Notes under the pieces: generated by a model
Database searches by the model: none
Told to the model about the DNA's origin: nothing
What the model saw: the letters and a program-made list of their open reading frames with translations, nothing else
Source: Octopus bimaculoides
Taxonomy: Eukaryota
NCBI RefSeq assembly: GCF_001194135.2
Contig: NC_068981.1
Span: 104,633,100 to 104,697,099, forward strand
Length of the DNA: 64,000 bases
Direction of reading: 5' to 3'
Program-made: the position numbers and the translations under genes
Shown: positions 51,175-64,000 of the stretch, piece after piece
Layout of the letters: every line of letters starts with the position of its first letter
Position numbering within the stretch: position 1 is the first letter of the stretch

Positions 51175-53125
51175 ATGTATGTATGTATATTTGCACATTA
51201 TACACACGCACGAGCTCACACGTACACGCACAACACATAAGCTAAAACTTCAAATTTCTTCATCGATCTTCGTACGAGACTTGAGGAAGGAAAAAGAATA
51301 TCATAAATGATAATATTCAGATAATAGAGCAAGAAGAAATGAATTTGATTTGATACATGTGCGTCGATAAAACCAAAGAAAAAAATGAATTGAAAATAAA
51401 AATAAAATAAATAATGGTCATCTTATAATTCAGTGACATAACTGCATTGGAAAAAATCCACGCGCAATTACTACAAAACTACAGTAACATCAAGAAACGA
51501 AGTAACGGGGTGGGAGGGAATCAGAAATTGAGCAAGTTGGGAACAGATAATATAGATAAAGGTAAAATATGGTTAACCTTCAAATGCTCTGAAAAATCTC
51601 TTTCCATTCATAAACCCATATTATAAAAATGCCACAAACTGTCTTCTCTGCGTTTCCAGTCAGTAAACAAGAAAAAAATGTGATGTGACACAAAAGAAAG
51701 AACAGCAAAAGCAAAAACATTAATGGAAAGACACGGCGCACGCGCACACACATATGTGTGAGTATTATAAACTTCTTGTTGAAATTGGATGTCAGGTCTT
51801 TCTTGAGTTATGCCAATAGTTACAAAGAATAACCTTTCTTAAAAGTCTTTTACTTACACAAAATTATATTTGAGCTTATATCTGTTATTATACCTACAAG
51901 CAACGCGAAAGCAAGAAGAGACCAAAAATTATTTATGGTGTTACAAATTTTTTTCCAGTCTCCAAATAAAGTTGGGAAGAGCAATCGAAAATTTCCTGTT
52001 CGGTTTGACTAGCGAATGTCTGTGCGAGTAATATCTTGTTCTAAATATATAAGCCTTTGTTCTCACGTAACATTGTTTGGGAACCGTCATTAAATTCTAC
52101 CTTGACACAGTATACTAAAGAACTTGCATGGCAGTTTCCATTAAGCAGGTAGTTATAAGAGTTCATACAATTACAGTGCATGACAGCTTTGCATTAACTG
52201 AATGGAGCGAGCTGGTAAAATTTTTGCAAGAAGAATTGGAAACTTGAATTTAAATTCTATTAAAGATTTTATATCTATGGTCTATCGTAAAATGAAACTG
52301 AATTAAGAGATTTCTTGACTATAAACATACGAATCATCAAGATAAAAATTGGATTATATTACAAAATTTTCCTAGAGCTATTTGTACGGATAAGAGCCAA
52401 GGGTTTGAATATCTGAAAATCCACTATAGTTAAATGCATGAATTTATTTTGTTCTTTTTGTTTGTTTCTTCTTTTCACTGCAGTGCTTACATTTAAGTAC
52501 TGACATAGATAAATACATATTATATAGACGCATGGCCGAATGGTTAAGAAATTCGCTTCGCAATTGCGAGACCTCGTATTCGATTCCATTAAATGGGTCG
52601 ACTTTAGTTATATTAGTAAAACTAGGTAGATGGAAACTCGTCAGCTGGATAGTTCCAGTAATTTAAAAGTCCGGTCTCCTCTCATATTGGTTCGACCTAA
52701 GAATGATGTTATAGCTACATGTGTCTGTGGAATACTCAGCCACTTACATACTAATTCAATGAGCAATGTAGTTCAGTTGATTGAACAACTGAATACCTAT
52801 CGCTAAAACTGACAGAGATCCATATACTTTACTCTGTGGAATGTTCTTAATTTCTAAAATCACTCATGTATATTCACTTGAAAAGTTGTAAATCTCATTT
52901 TAACAGTGTCTTTGTTTCCAAACCACTTTAAACTGTGAGATTGTATATAACTATATATGCAATACATGTTTACTGCGAACAGTTTTAAATCTGTGTATCA
53001 CTTTTGAGTAATATAAAACTTGTAAAACTTTTAATAATTTTTTTTTTTTTGTATTTTATTCTATTTCACTTTCATTCTTAACTCATAACAGTCTGTGTAA
53101 AAATCAGAGTCGATCGAAGCTCTGT

Positions 53126-53162
<37 letters not shown>

Positions 53163-54570
53163 AGCAGACAAACAAACAGACGACGAGAGAGAAACAGAGA
53201 AACAGAGAGAGAGAGAGAGGGGGAGAAGAAAGAAGAGAGAAAGAGAGAGCTGTTTTAGGGTCATTGTAAAAGTAAAAACAAATCTCCATCAAATGATATC
53301 ACACGCCCTTGAATATAAATGGACATGCTGCATGATGTAATTACACAGTAAGAGGGTGAATTGGCATATTCTTTTAAACTCTTTGCAGTTTACCCAGTCA
53401 AATGAGGCGAACTTTTTCGTATCTAACCGACAAAGTGGCGTCTCGTAAAAAGTGAGATAACAAAACCAACTTTATATTTTCTCCTAAAACTTTCGATGCC
53501 AAGCTCATTTCACGTATTAAGGAAGCCATCAAGGATTGTTTTTTGATCTGATGGTACAGAGCAATACTCAAGAGAAGCACAGGCACATGTCTGAAAGATA
53601 ACACTCTGCTCTCTCAAGACTGGCCTAGTCCAAATTTAAAAAAATGACAAACCTCAGTTGGTTTCAGGTTCTTCCATGGAGGTCTTTTCTCTATTGTTCT
53701 TCTCCATTAGCATTTCACTTTGGTTGGTGAATCGGTAAGGAATACGTTACACCCACTTGCCAAAGAATGTGATACCAAAGTAACGAGAGGGCTCTAGGTG
53801 AACCATACGTCTACAAGAGATGATAACAAAATCCTCTTAATTCAGACACCTTACTGTCTTAAGAAAGCGACACATTGGATAATGCAGTCGTAGATGCATT
53901 TGATGGTAGGTCATCGGAAAGACAGATACCGTTCTAGCTATGACCATTTTAGGAATTGTGTACCTAGAGCTAAACTATTGGTGGTGTTCTTTTGTTAAAA
54001 AAGGCACTCAGATGTTATTTTAGGGAGATCCTCTATATATATATATGCACATTAATGTTTCTTCTCGGTCTCTCGTTTATACATCAATAATAATTATAAA
54101 TACGAAAGAAACATCAGCACATGTCCATGGACAGTGTTCTGTCAAAAAGTAAACGCTGTAAAGACAGACCCATAGCAAAACCAAAAAAAAAGAACGATGG
54201 ACAGATAACCATGACTACAATGAAATGGTTGATTTATGATTTACATGCACTACTATGCAGCACTCCTCCAAAAACATACAGGAATAAACTCATACAGTAG
54301 ATACCCAATAAAATGAACAAACCCCACAACATATGCATGTGCCATTGAAGTCCGATACCCAACAGAAGAACACAACCTGCACTGCACAAGCAACACACGA
54401 TACAAAAACTAACACAACAGAAGACTTAAACCAAATCCCATAACAAAACATACTGACGCAGTACAATATTCTCCAAAGGAAAAAAATGAAGCACACACCT
54501 CACCAACACAAAAGTGCAGCAAGTGATGCAATAGAAAGTTACTTGAAACTCTCAGATGTCAAATAATAAT

Positions 54571-56034
54571 TTGAAGTTTTTTTTAGTAAGAGATAGATTC
54601 CGTAATACAGACTTAAGACTTATCAGCAAAGATATAGGCATGGAATTTGGCATAAATAAGTGTGCAATATTAGTCATGAAAAAGGAGACAGGTAGTCAAC
54701 AGTGAAGGCATTCAATTACCAGATGGTCAGACATTAAAATCTGTGAAAGAAGGGGAGAGTTATAAGTATCTTAGAGTATTAGAATCTGACAGAATACTAA
54801 CTATAGAAATTAAAACGAAAATGAAGAAGGAATACATCAGAAGGGTGAGGAAGCTAATGAAATCAAAGTTAAGTGGTTCGAATTTAGTGAAGGCTCTAAA
54901 TACTCGGGCAGTATTGTTACTTAGATACTAAGCAGCTTTTATAGATTGGATAAAAACGGAATTAGCAAAGCTAGACAGAAGAACTAGGAAGGAATTCAAT
55001 ATGAATGGAGGACTCCACCTAAGGGTAGGAGTAGCAAGATTATATTTACCTAGAAAGGAAGGTGAAAGAAAGTTAATATCAGTAGAAGACTGCGTGGAGT
55101 TAGCTAGAGTGGATATAGACTCCTATGTAGGTAACAATGAAGAAAGTTTAAGAGCTGCTAGAGTCACAGGACATAGGGAAACCCAAAAGTCAAACGAAGT
55201 TAAAAACCAAAAGAAAAAAGAACAAAAGTTATTTGACTGGCAGGAGAAGGCTTTGCATGGTAGATTCCCAAAGATAGTTGCAGCAAATAGTAGTAGTGAG
55301 ACATGGTTATGGCTGCAGAAAGGAAGGCTGAAAAGGGAGACAGAAAGTTTGTTAGTAGCAGCACAAGATTAAGCATTAAGAACTAATGGGATAAAAGCCA
55401 AGATAGACAAAAACCAAGTAGATTCCCAATGTAGGTTATGCAAATCAAAAGAGGAACGTGTTACTCATATAGTAATCGAATGTAGTATGCTGGCACAGAA
55501 AGAATACAAGAAAAGACATGATAACCTAGGGAGCACAATCCACTGAGAGTTATGTAGAAAGCTAGGATTTGACCATACTGATGAATGGTAGGAACATGAA
55601 TTTAGTAAAGCGCTAGAAAGTAAGAAATATAAGATGTGGGACTTTAACATTCAGACTGACAGAGTAATAGAAGCTAGAAGGCCTGATTTAGTAGTAGTAG
55701 ATAAAGAGAACAAAAAGTGCCAGTGAATTGACTTTACAGTCTCAAATGATGAAAATAAATCAATATGAGAGGTATAGAAAAAATAGCAAAGTAATAGCCA
55801 TTGAATTACTGAGACTATAGAAAGTGCGGGTAAAATGTATCCCAGTAGTTATAAGGAACTATCCCCAAAGATTTGAACAGATGGATAGAGGAAATAGGCA
55901 TAAAGCCCAGTTTAGTACATCTCCAGAGAACAGTGTTATTAGGGACAGCTAGGATACTTGACATCTAAGGTTACTTGCTGTAGCCCCATGTTAGGAATTT
56001 TTCTTTTCAGACGGGCTAATCTATTGTGTGTATA

Positions 56035-56036
<2 letters not shown>
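54571..56036 (+). mobile_element. 5'-truncated R4/Dong-clade retrotransposon (RT C-half, CCHC knuckle, RLE)
   Basis: DIGMEFGINKCA..YKYL..EYIRRVRKL..RLYLPRKEG..LKRETESLLVAAQD..CRLCKSKEERVTHIVIEC..RHD..WDFNIQTDRVIEARRPDLVV, followed by (AAT)n. Confidence 0.92.
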
Positions 56037-56082
<46 letters not shown>

Positions 56083-56092
56083 GTAATAATAA

Positions 56093-57169
56093 CAGGAGTA
56101 CCACCACCCAAACAAACCTTGTGGATATATAATATCCAAAACAAAATTTAAAAAAAGAGAAAAGATCTGTCGATTCTTAACGAAATTAGTAGACAGTCAA
56201 CACTACTAAGTAACAAGAAGAAAACAAAAATACTGTACAAATACAACATTACAGAAAAAGATTTACCTGAGGTAAAAGAAAAGCTAAAGCAAGATATCCT
56301 TGCCAAAGCACAAAGGATCCGCCGGTATGAGAAACGCCAACGTTTCTTTGAACAAAACAAACAGTTCAAATCCAACCCCCCAAAATTCAACCAAGAACTT
56401 GGCAAAAATAAAATAGACGTTACTGCATCACTAACAGCAGAAGAAGTGGAAGAATTTTGGAAAGAAATATAGTCGGTGAAGGAACAACCTCAGAAAAGGA
56501 CTATTAAAACAACGAACTTAGCACCTGAGCAATTTTGAACCCCTATAACAACTGAAGAGGTCACCCAGGAACTGCAAAGACTAAGCAACTGGAAGGCACC
56601 TAGGTACGACAAGATCCCCAAGTTCTGGTTAAAATATCTGACAGGAATGCACAAAAAGATGGTATAGGCACATGCTAGAGAAGGTCACAGAAAACGAGAA
56701 AGCAATCATACTCTGGGATATGCCAATACACACAGATAGAGAAATTAAGGCCAATAGGCCAGATATAGTTGTCAGAGATCATGACGGGAAAAAATGCTTT
56801 CTAATTGATGTATCAATACCAGCAGATGACAACGTTTCCCTAAAAGAAATGGAGAAACTTTCAGAATACAAAGACCTGAAAATAGAGGTAACTCGAATGT
56901 GGAATCTAAAAACAGAAACAATTCCTATCACCGTAGGCGCCTTAGGTATGATAAACAAATATTCAGAGAAATACATAACAAAAACACCAGGACTTATAAA
57001 TATATATAACATACAGAAAATTGCACAACTGGGCACTGCACACATCCTACGCAAAACACTTTCATTACAGTAACCATAAGAGCATCACAGCAAACCACAG
57101 CACATACCCAATGCACACAGAGCTGCGCTCGGTAGTGAAGTGAAAGCACGCTATAAAAATAAAACTACG

Positions 57170-57170
<1 letters not shown>
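56093..57170 (+). mobile_element. Internally deleted R4/Dong-clade retrotransposon
   Basis: Pre-RT region (RIRRYEKRQRFFEQN...LSNWKAPRYDKIPKFWLK) fused near 56660 to an RLE ORF (ILWDMPIHTDREIKANRPDIVV...IDVSIPAD...PITVGALG), then a 3' UTR and (AAT)n. Confidence 0.9.
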
Positions 57171-57206
<36 letters not shown>

Positions 57207-58700
57207 CCTTTCTTCTATATGTACAAGGCCTGACATTTGGGAGAGGGGATTAAGTCGATTACATCGACCCAGTACTCAATTTATCAACAACGAAAGGATG
57301 AAATGCAAAGTCAACCTCAGCGGAATTTGAACTCAGAATGTAGCGGTAGACGAAATACCGTTAAGCATTTCGCCCGGCGTGCTAACGATTCTGCCAGCTC
57401 ACCGCCTTAATAATAACAACAACAATAATAATAATAATAATAATAATTTTTTCTACTGGAAGCACAAGGCCTCAAATTTGGGGGAAGGGATTAAGTCGAT
57501 TACATCGACCCGAGTGCGTAACTGGTACTTATTTAATCGATCCCGAAAGGATGAAAGGCAAGGTCGATCTCGGCGGAATTTGAACTCAGAACGTAGCGGC
57601 CGACGAAATACCGCAAAGCATTCGCCCGGGCTACTTATTTTGTTGGAACGGATAGGATTTTTATTCTTTGGTATATTATCGTCATCTCTTTCTCGGTGTG
57701 ATAAAAGGAAAATCGAGTAACGTTTCGATTTGGAGTGTTCTTAAAAAAACTGCATGGCATCATTCCCGGCTGATTACAAATTCTGCCATTCACCACTACT
57801 CTATAAAAATAATAATAATAAAGAAATAAAAAAAATTGCAGACCAAAATTTCTTTTGTAGTTTACCATATATTTGATTTCTTCATATAAAAGAAAGGAAC
57901 ATTGTAACATTTTCAACTTACTTTCAGTTAATTATTAGACTTTCTCAATGTTTCTGTGACAAGGTCTTCAAGTCTTCAATGAGAATTTTTTTTTAATGGT
58001 TTACTATAACTTCAGCCCACGCACTCATGAAATAAATAGTTGCCCGACTTTATGCTATCAGATTATCTATCAATGCTTTTGATATTTTCTCAGAGAGTCT
58101 TGTTTATATTCTTGACAGCGAAGGAAGTTCCGGCAGCTTTGTTGAATTAAACTTTCTGTTCAAAAGTACACAAAAATTGCTTACAACAAACTTAAATTTA
58201 AGTAACACAATGACTTCCGTTTGGGTCCAGCTCACCCTGGCGTTTAGTTTTGAAGTGTATCTAATATTTTCCCCTTATATATTTGTTCGTGGGAGGAATA
58301 TGAATAAAGCTCATATCTTACCCTTTACAAATCACATACAAAAAATATAGGACAGTGTTGCTGCAACGCACACACATATTCTAGGTTGCAATCCTCTCAC
58401 TCTATCTAAGACTATCTAGCTGATTGGCAAAGATTTATACACCAACATGTTACAACAACTGACAGATGCTCTGCTTCTCCCCCACCAGTTTTTTCGTGCA
58501 AGATCACATGCTACTGCACAAAAGTAGTAAACTGCAGACCACCCACAATCCAAACTCGCTTCTCTTTTTCACATTTTCTCTATGATGTGTTGTTACTTTT
58601 TTAACCTGATAGTAAACATTTCACTTAACTGAAGCATTCCCTTTTTATTTTGCGTTTATGGGAGAGCGTAGAGTAGTTATCGTATGCTAATCGTTTAGAG

Positions 58701-58958
58701 CAGGGGTTTTCAAACTGTGGTCCGCGGACAGCAAATACTTTTTATGGGCAATTTGATTTTATACATGTTTTTTTAATTGAAATCTTTTAATTGACAATAA
58801 ACCTATTTGTTAAATACTGTTAAATCAATAAATGTAAAAATATATGCTATTTTAAGCAAATATTTATGTATAAATTTCATAAGCGTTTATAAGGGAGTCC
58901 CTAAGGTAAAGCCTGAAATATAAAGGGGTCCGCAAGTCAAAAAGTTTGAAAACCCCTG
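58701..58958. mobile_element. Young hAT-type MITE, 258 bp
   Basis: Perfect 16-bp TIRs CAGGGGTTTTCAAACT / AGTTTGAAAACCCCTG and a perfect 8-bp TSD GTTTAGAG (58693-58700 and 58959-58966). Confidence 0.95.
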
Positions 58959-59349
58959 GTTTAGAGTTTTACCACGTCTAATACTGAAGGCAAAGTCAAC
59001 ATTGAAGGCAAAGTGCCTTGTGAAAGTCATTGAAAAAATATTCATTTCTTTCTTTTACTACATATAAAATTGTACTCAATTAGTCATCTATCGCAAAGTT
59101 AAAAAGTTTAATAGTATTTTAAACAAGAAATTAATATCATTTAGACTCTTAGTCTTCGGTGTTTTAATCATCGGTCAGCGTTCTCCTCACGAAGAAGCCA
59201 TCTAAAATTTCAACTAAAGGTAAAGTACCTTTTTAAATTCATTGAAAAATATTAAACAAAATCCTATCAACTTATCTCTTCTATAAAGTCATGGGTGATG
59301 GTTAGAGCATATTCGAAACGGTATCACCCTTGCTCAAAAACAACACAAA

Positions 59350-59710
59350 CTAGCCAATTCTTCGAGGAGAGTCGGTACAAGACAAATGCAATAGTGCCTT
59401 ATATTATTCAGTCTATTATCGCGACTTTTTGATTAATGGGAGATGCATTTATACCAAAATACCTTTGATTCCGTCTGACACAGAAATATCTTTCATATTC
59501 AAAAGGCTACAGTTCCCAATAAAACTCAGCTATGTCTTTAGATAAATATTAGGAACAAACGTTATCTGTTATTGAACTAAAAATAAGGAACATTGCTTCT
59601 CGTATGGGCAGCTGTATGTTTCATGTACAAGAGACAGAAGTCCACACGTTTTATCTTTCATGTATGCTCCTTCTGGAAAAAACATAGCACTGTTTATAAA
59701 GAAGTTCTGG
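59350..59710 (+). mobile_element. Helitron fragment (C-terminus of the Pif1-like helicase)
   Basis: ...FIPKIPLIPSD...FKRLQFPIKL...QTL...FSYGQLYVSCTR...VYKEVL, read across frameshifts. Confidence 0.85.
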
Positions 59711-59909
59711 GTTTACAGTAAATAGTAAATAAGAGGAACAAATACCACTAAAGGTGAAAGGTGGCATGGTGCCTAAAACTGAGAAGATTACAAATAAAAT
59801 GCAAACATATGTAAAAAATATATAATAGCAAAACTATTTTGGTTGCCCGTGTTACAGCAGGTAACCTTAACATACATACACATATGCATGCATACATACA
59901 TGCATACAT

Positions 59910-59972
<63 letters not shown>

Positions 59973-59980
59973 TGTATATA

Positions 59981-61100
59981 CAGGGTGTCCACCAAAAACG
60001 TATGCACATTTTAAATAATTGTAAAGTAGGTGTTTATTAAAATAAATTTCATTTTCAAAATTTAATAGAATCTACAGACATTATTTTATTGTTTTGTCAA
60101 TGCCTGTTTTCAAACTGACGTCCGTTCTGGTCCAGGCAGTGCTGACAATGCAAAGCAATGGAATCGCAAATATCACGAAACAATTCGTTTGGTATTTGTG
60201 TACATTCTCGTTCAATGGCTGCTCTCAAATCAGCGATTGTTGCAGGTTTCATAGCGTAGACTTTACCTTTTAGGTATCCCCATAAAAAAGTCTAGTGGTG
60301 TGAGGTCTGGTATACGCGGAGGGTATTCAACGAAATCCCTTCGTCCAATCCACTTGCCTGGCATGACCTCATCAAGAAAGGATCTAACATAGCGATGGTA
60401 ATGTGGGGGTACCCCATCTTGCTGAAAATAAAACTCATCTTCAAAGTCTTCTCTAATGTTTGGCATGACAGACTGTTGCAGCAAGTTCAAGTAAACGGGA
60501 CCAGTTACATTAGCGTAAAAAAAGAATGGGCCAATTAATCATCTTGATGATAAGCCATACCACACTGTAACTCCTGGTAAATTAACATGCTGTTCCACCA
60601 TAACATGCGGATTCTCAGGTCCCCAGTAGGTGCAATTATGGCGGTTAGTTGAACCATTTAATTTGAATGTGGCTTCATCACTCTACACAATCTTTGTTGG
60701 AAAGTGTGCATCTTCTACACATCGTGCCAAGTACCACTCGCAATACTGCACTCTTCGGTCTGAATCATCGTCATTTATAGCATGGACTAATCTTGGAACA
60801 TAGCTTTTCCATTGACAACGCTTCAAAATGCGTTGGACAGACGATTTTGGTATAAATACCTCGTGACTCGCTTGCCACACAGATTTTCTTGGACTTTGGT
60901 GATTCGTTTCCAGTATTCCTTCTTGCTTTTTGGGGGTTTTTGATGCACTTTCTGCAACTCTGCGTAGATCTCTGAGCAGCTATCGCCATGGCAACTTCCT
61001 TTGTCATAGTCAATGCGATAATCACATGCTACACACCTTCCTTCCAAACACTACTGCAAACAGTGGAAGTGAGGTAAAGCGTTAAAACCTATTGTGCATA
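59981..61100 (-). mobile_element. Tc1/mariner element of maT (DD37D-like) type, decayed
   Basis: ta|CAGGGTGTCC terminus. [15 protein letters not shown] and [10 protein letters not shown]...WIGR...[13 protein letters not shown] motifs. The second TIR was not found. Confidence 0.85.
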
Positions 61101-61208
61101 CACAGCAGAGTTTAAGGTCAATCTGCGCCAAGCAGCTTCACTCTCCGTGCTTTAGCTTCGTTATTATAGTAACAGCCCGGATAGTTATTGATCAGACCAC
61201 TTACATAA

Positions 61209-62481
61209 TAAGGGTTAGCTGAAAAGTTCATAGGCTGACCAAGATACACTTATGGAATGTGACCAAATGAGGTTCATTTTTAAATATAGTGTCCCTTGCA
61301 GTCCACGTACTTCTATCGGTGTTGCAGTGCTTAGATCCCATTGGTGATCAAGCCTTCACCCTGTTGATTAAAAAGTACTCGACTGCAGATATGACGTCAT
61401 CATTACTGTGATGCTGGTTCCTAGCCAGGTGTTCTTTTTAATGCTAGATAGCAGATGATAATCAGATGGAGCCAAATCAAGAGAACAGGGAAGCTGATCA
61501 ACCAGTTCAAAGCCACAGTCATGCACAGCAGCCATTGAAGTCAACGACTTGTGTGTGCTGGAGCATTGTGTGATGAAACAAGACCACTTTCGTCAGTTTT
61601 CCTAGTCGTTTTGTCTTGATAGGCTTTCATAACTGCCTCAGTAAGTTGGCAAAGTACTCTCCATTGATATTGCAGCCCCTTTGAAGATAGTTAATAAACA
61701 CAATGTCTTTTGCATCCTCAAAATCTGGGGCCATCATCTTCCTTGCGAATGAAACGATCTTGACTTCCTTTGGAGCAGGTGTGGGGGATGTTCTCACTGT
61801 ATGGATTGTCCCTTTGTCTCTGGCTCAAAGTGATAAACTAAACTCTCATCATGGCTTAGGAAATGTTCAAGGAAGCCAGTTGAATCTGCCTGAAAGAATG
61901 TCAGATTTTTCCATGGGGTGATCAGCTTGGTGCACTTTTGATAAGGTGTCATAAGATGTAGCTCACCGAGCAGAAACCTTCGTCATGCCAAGTGCATTGA
62001 GCAGAATATTCTCAACTCTCTCACAGGATATGCTTATAGTATTGGTTATTTGATTTATAGTCAGTCGCCTGTCATCCATCACTATGTGGTGAACACGATC
62101 AATGTTTTCCTCGGTTATGACAGCTGCAAGACATCCAGACTGTGGACCATCTTCAAAACTCTCCCTTCCCCTCCTAAATTCAGCTGCCCACTTTTGCACT
62201 GTTAATAAAGCTGGAGCGTCATCCCCTAATGTAGCAATCATACCAGTATGAATGTCCTTGGGGTCTAAACCGTTTTACTGCAGGTACTTGATGGCAAATT
62301 TTGTCGATTTCCAACAGGTGTTGCTACTAGTTACTTTTGAAGTCTTCTTTGAACAGTGAGATGTCAGTTTAGCTGGAAAGAAACAATGCAGTTATTAATA
62401 AGTAGGATTGAAATTAATGGATGGAAGATTTCTAGCAGCACTCTTTCATAGACAGCCAATGAACTTTTCAGTCCACCCTCG
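61209..62481 (-). mobile_element. Near full-length (about 1.27 kb) decayed mariner element
   Basis: TIRs agggttagctgaaaagttcataggctg / cagccaatgaacttttcagtccaccctcg|ta. HTH region TLGDDAPALLTVQKWAAEFRRGRESFEDGP...DRRLTINQI. Confidence 0.9.
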
Positions 62482-62603
62482 TACGTACGTACATACATAC
62501 ATATATACATACACACACATACACACACACACATGCATACATACATGCATACATACATACATACATACATACATACATACATACATACATACGTACATAC
62601 ATA

Positions 62604-63677
62604 AAGTGCGGCAGAGGCTTAACATCGATCCAAAAGGCTTTTGATGCTTCGGCACCATCTTTTAACCACCAAGTGTCGAAGTGCATCCCTTGACCAAGTT
62701 TGCATACACGAGGCTGATAACATCATAAAACTTGGAAGATAGCTTCTTGAGCAACATTCCTTGTGATGAAAGGATGAGCATATATGAGCAGAAGACTATG
62801 CATGGTTATGTTAGTAGAAAGCTCGAAAATGATTACTACCTCCTACTTTGAAGGGTATGCGTTTGCAATCCAGGAACAGGAAATATCAACCAAATACCTG
62901 ATGCACAAAAGGGAGATGCAGGAAAAACAGTAAAATGTGACAAACGATGCAGACATTGTGGAGTTAACACCGAAGATATCACTCACATGATGTTCTAGCT
63001 AGGACAATCTATAATGAAATCTGCGAGAAGGATAAACTAAAGGACAAAGAAATAAGAACTCACAGTATGGTAGAAGCTATAGCCACTTATAATAAAAGGC
63101 AGTACTGGAGGAGTGTCCCCTCAATAAAATGTAAGCATAGCAGACCTGATATAATGATTTGGGATAGGGAAGAGAAACTGAGTACAGTTGTGGAAATTAG
63201 CTGCCCAACGGTTAACATAAAACGTAAAAAAGAGAATACCTATGCTGAAGTATTGAGAAATCTGCAGTTACTCTAACCAGATTACAAGTTGAGGTTTATA
63301 CCTATAATTACTGGGGCCCTGGGATAAGTAACACACTGCCTAAATGCCAATCTTGAGAAATTAGGTTTCTCAAAACCAGAAAGGAGAAAGCTAATTCGAA
63401 GACCACGGAGCCAATCCATCACGGGAACTGTAAAAATCTGTAAAACTTTCCAGAATTTTATCATTTAAGTATATATGCGCATGTCTAGACATGCAACCAT
63501 ATATATGAGAATACATGCATAAAACAAAACATACAAATCTGCACATATACATACCAACATACGAAGAAAAGTACCCTGTTGTTAATGTTGAAATACCAGT
63601 GAAAGAGCTTTGGATCTAGGTTACAGACCGACTTTTTCTCTATTAGTAAGAAATATTGAAATAGAAAATGAATAATG
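62604..63677 (+). mobile_element. R4/Dong-like RLE retrotransposon 3' fragment, copy C
   Basis: GRGLTSIQ, AFAIQEQEI, CRHCG..EDITH, KHSRPDIMIWD...VEISCP and PIITGALG motifs. Confidence 0.85.
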
Positions 63678-63763
63678 ACATACATACATACATACATATA
63701 CATACGCATCCGCCTGTGAGTGTGCGGAAATACTTGAGGTTGTGCGCATGTTTNNNNNNNNNN

Positions 63764-63810
<47 letters not shown>

Positions 63811-63967
63811 CGCATATTCGGGTCTATGTGTATGAGCACAAGGGTAGTTTGTTTATGTCTGACCTGTAAGTGGCGATACTGGAGACATAACCTCTTAATT
63901 ACAGGTCAGGTGATACGGAAATCTATATATATAAAAATGAGAATGTGTGTCTGTCTGTCTGTCTGTC

Positions 63968-64000
<33 letters not shown>

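Overview
AT-rich, repeat-dense animal genomic DNA. The SINE and MITE families and the microsatellite load suggest an octopod cephalopod; this is inference, not a database result. The only host gene I can support is the 3' part of sorting nexin 13 (SNX13) on the + strand: ten GT-AG exons from 11732 to 35324 that splice into one open frame of 410 aa plus stop, encoding the RGS-PX linker, the PX domain and the PXC/Nexin_C domain. Its PXA and RGS exons are not visible and probably lie upstream of the window. The SNX13 introns hold two good in-frame microexon candidates (9 nt and 15 nt) and a weaker 18/45-nt cassette candidate. The rest is transposable-element debris: tRNA-derived SINEs, mariner and maT elements, hAT, piggyBac and Tc1 MITEs, an RTE-like LINE, a Penelope GIY-YIG fragment, a Helitron fragment and R4/Dong-like RLE retrotransposons. 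Three observations stand out. (1) A ~500-bp palindromic element whose arms each join a tRNA-like head to a minimal hammerhead-ribozyme motif. (2) Three RLE retroelement copies, each flanked on both sides by (ACAT)n, next to a second RLE lineage bounded by (AAT)n, which suggests two microsatellite-targeting specificities. (3) The microexon series in the SNX13 linker. All assignments were made by eye; no searches were run.
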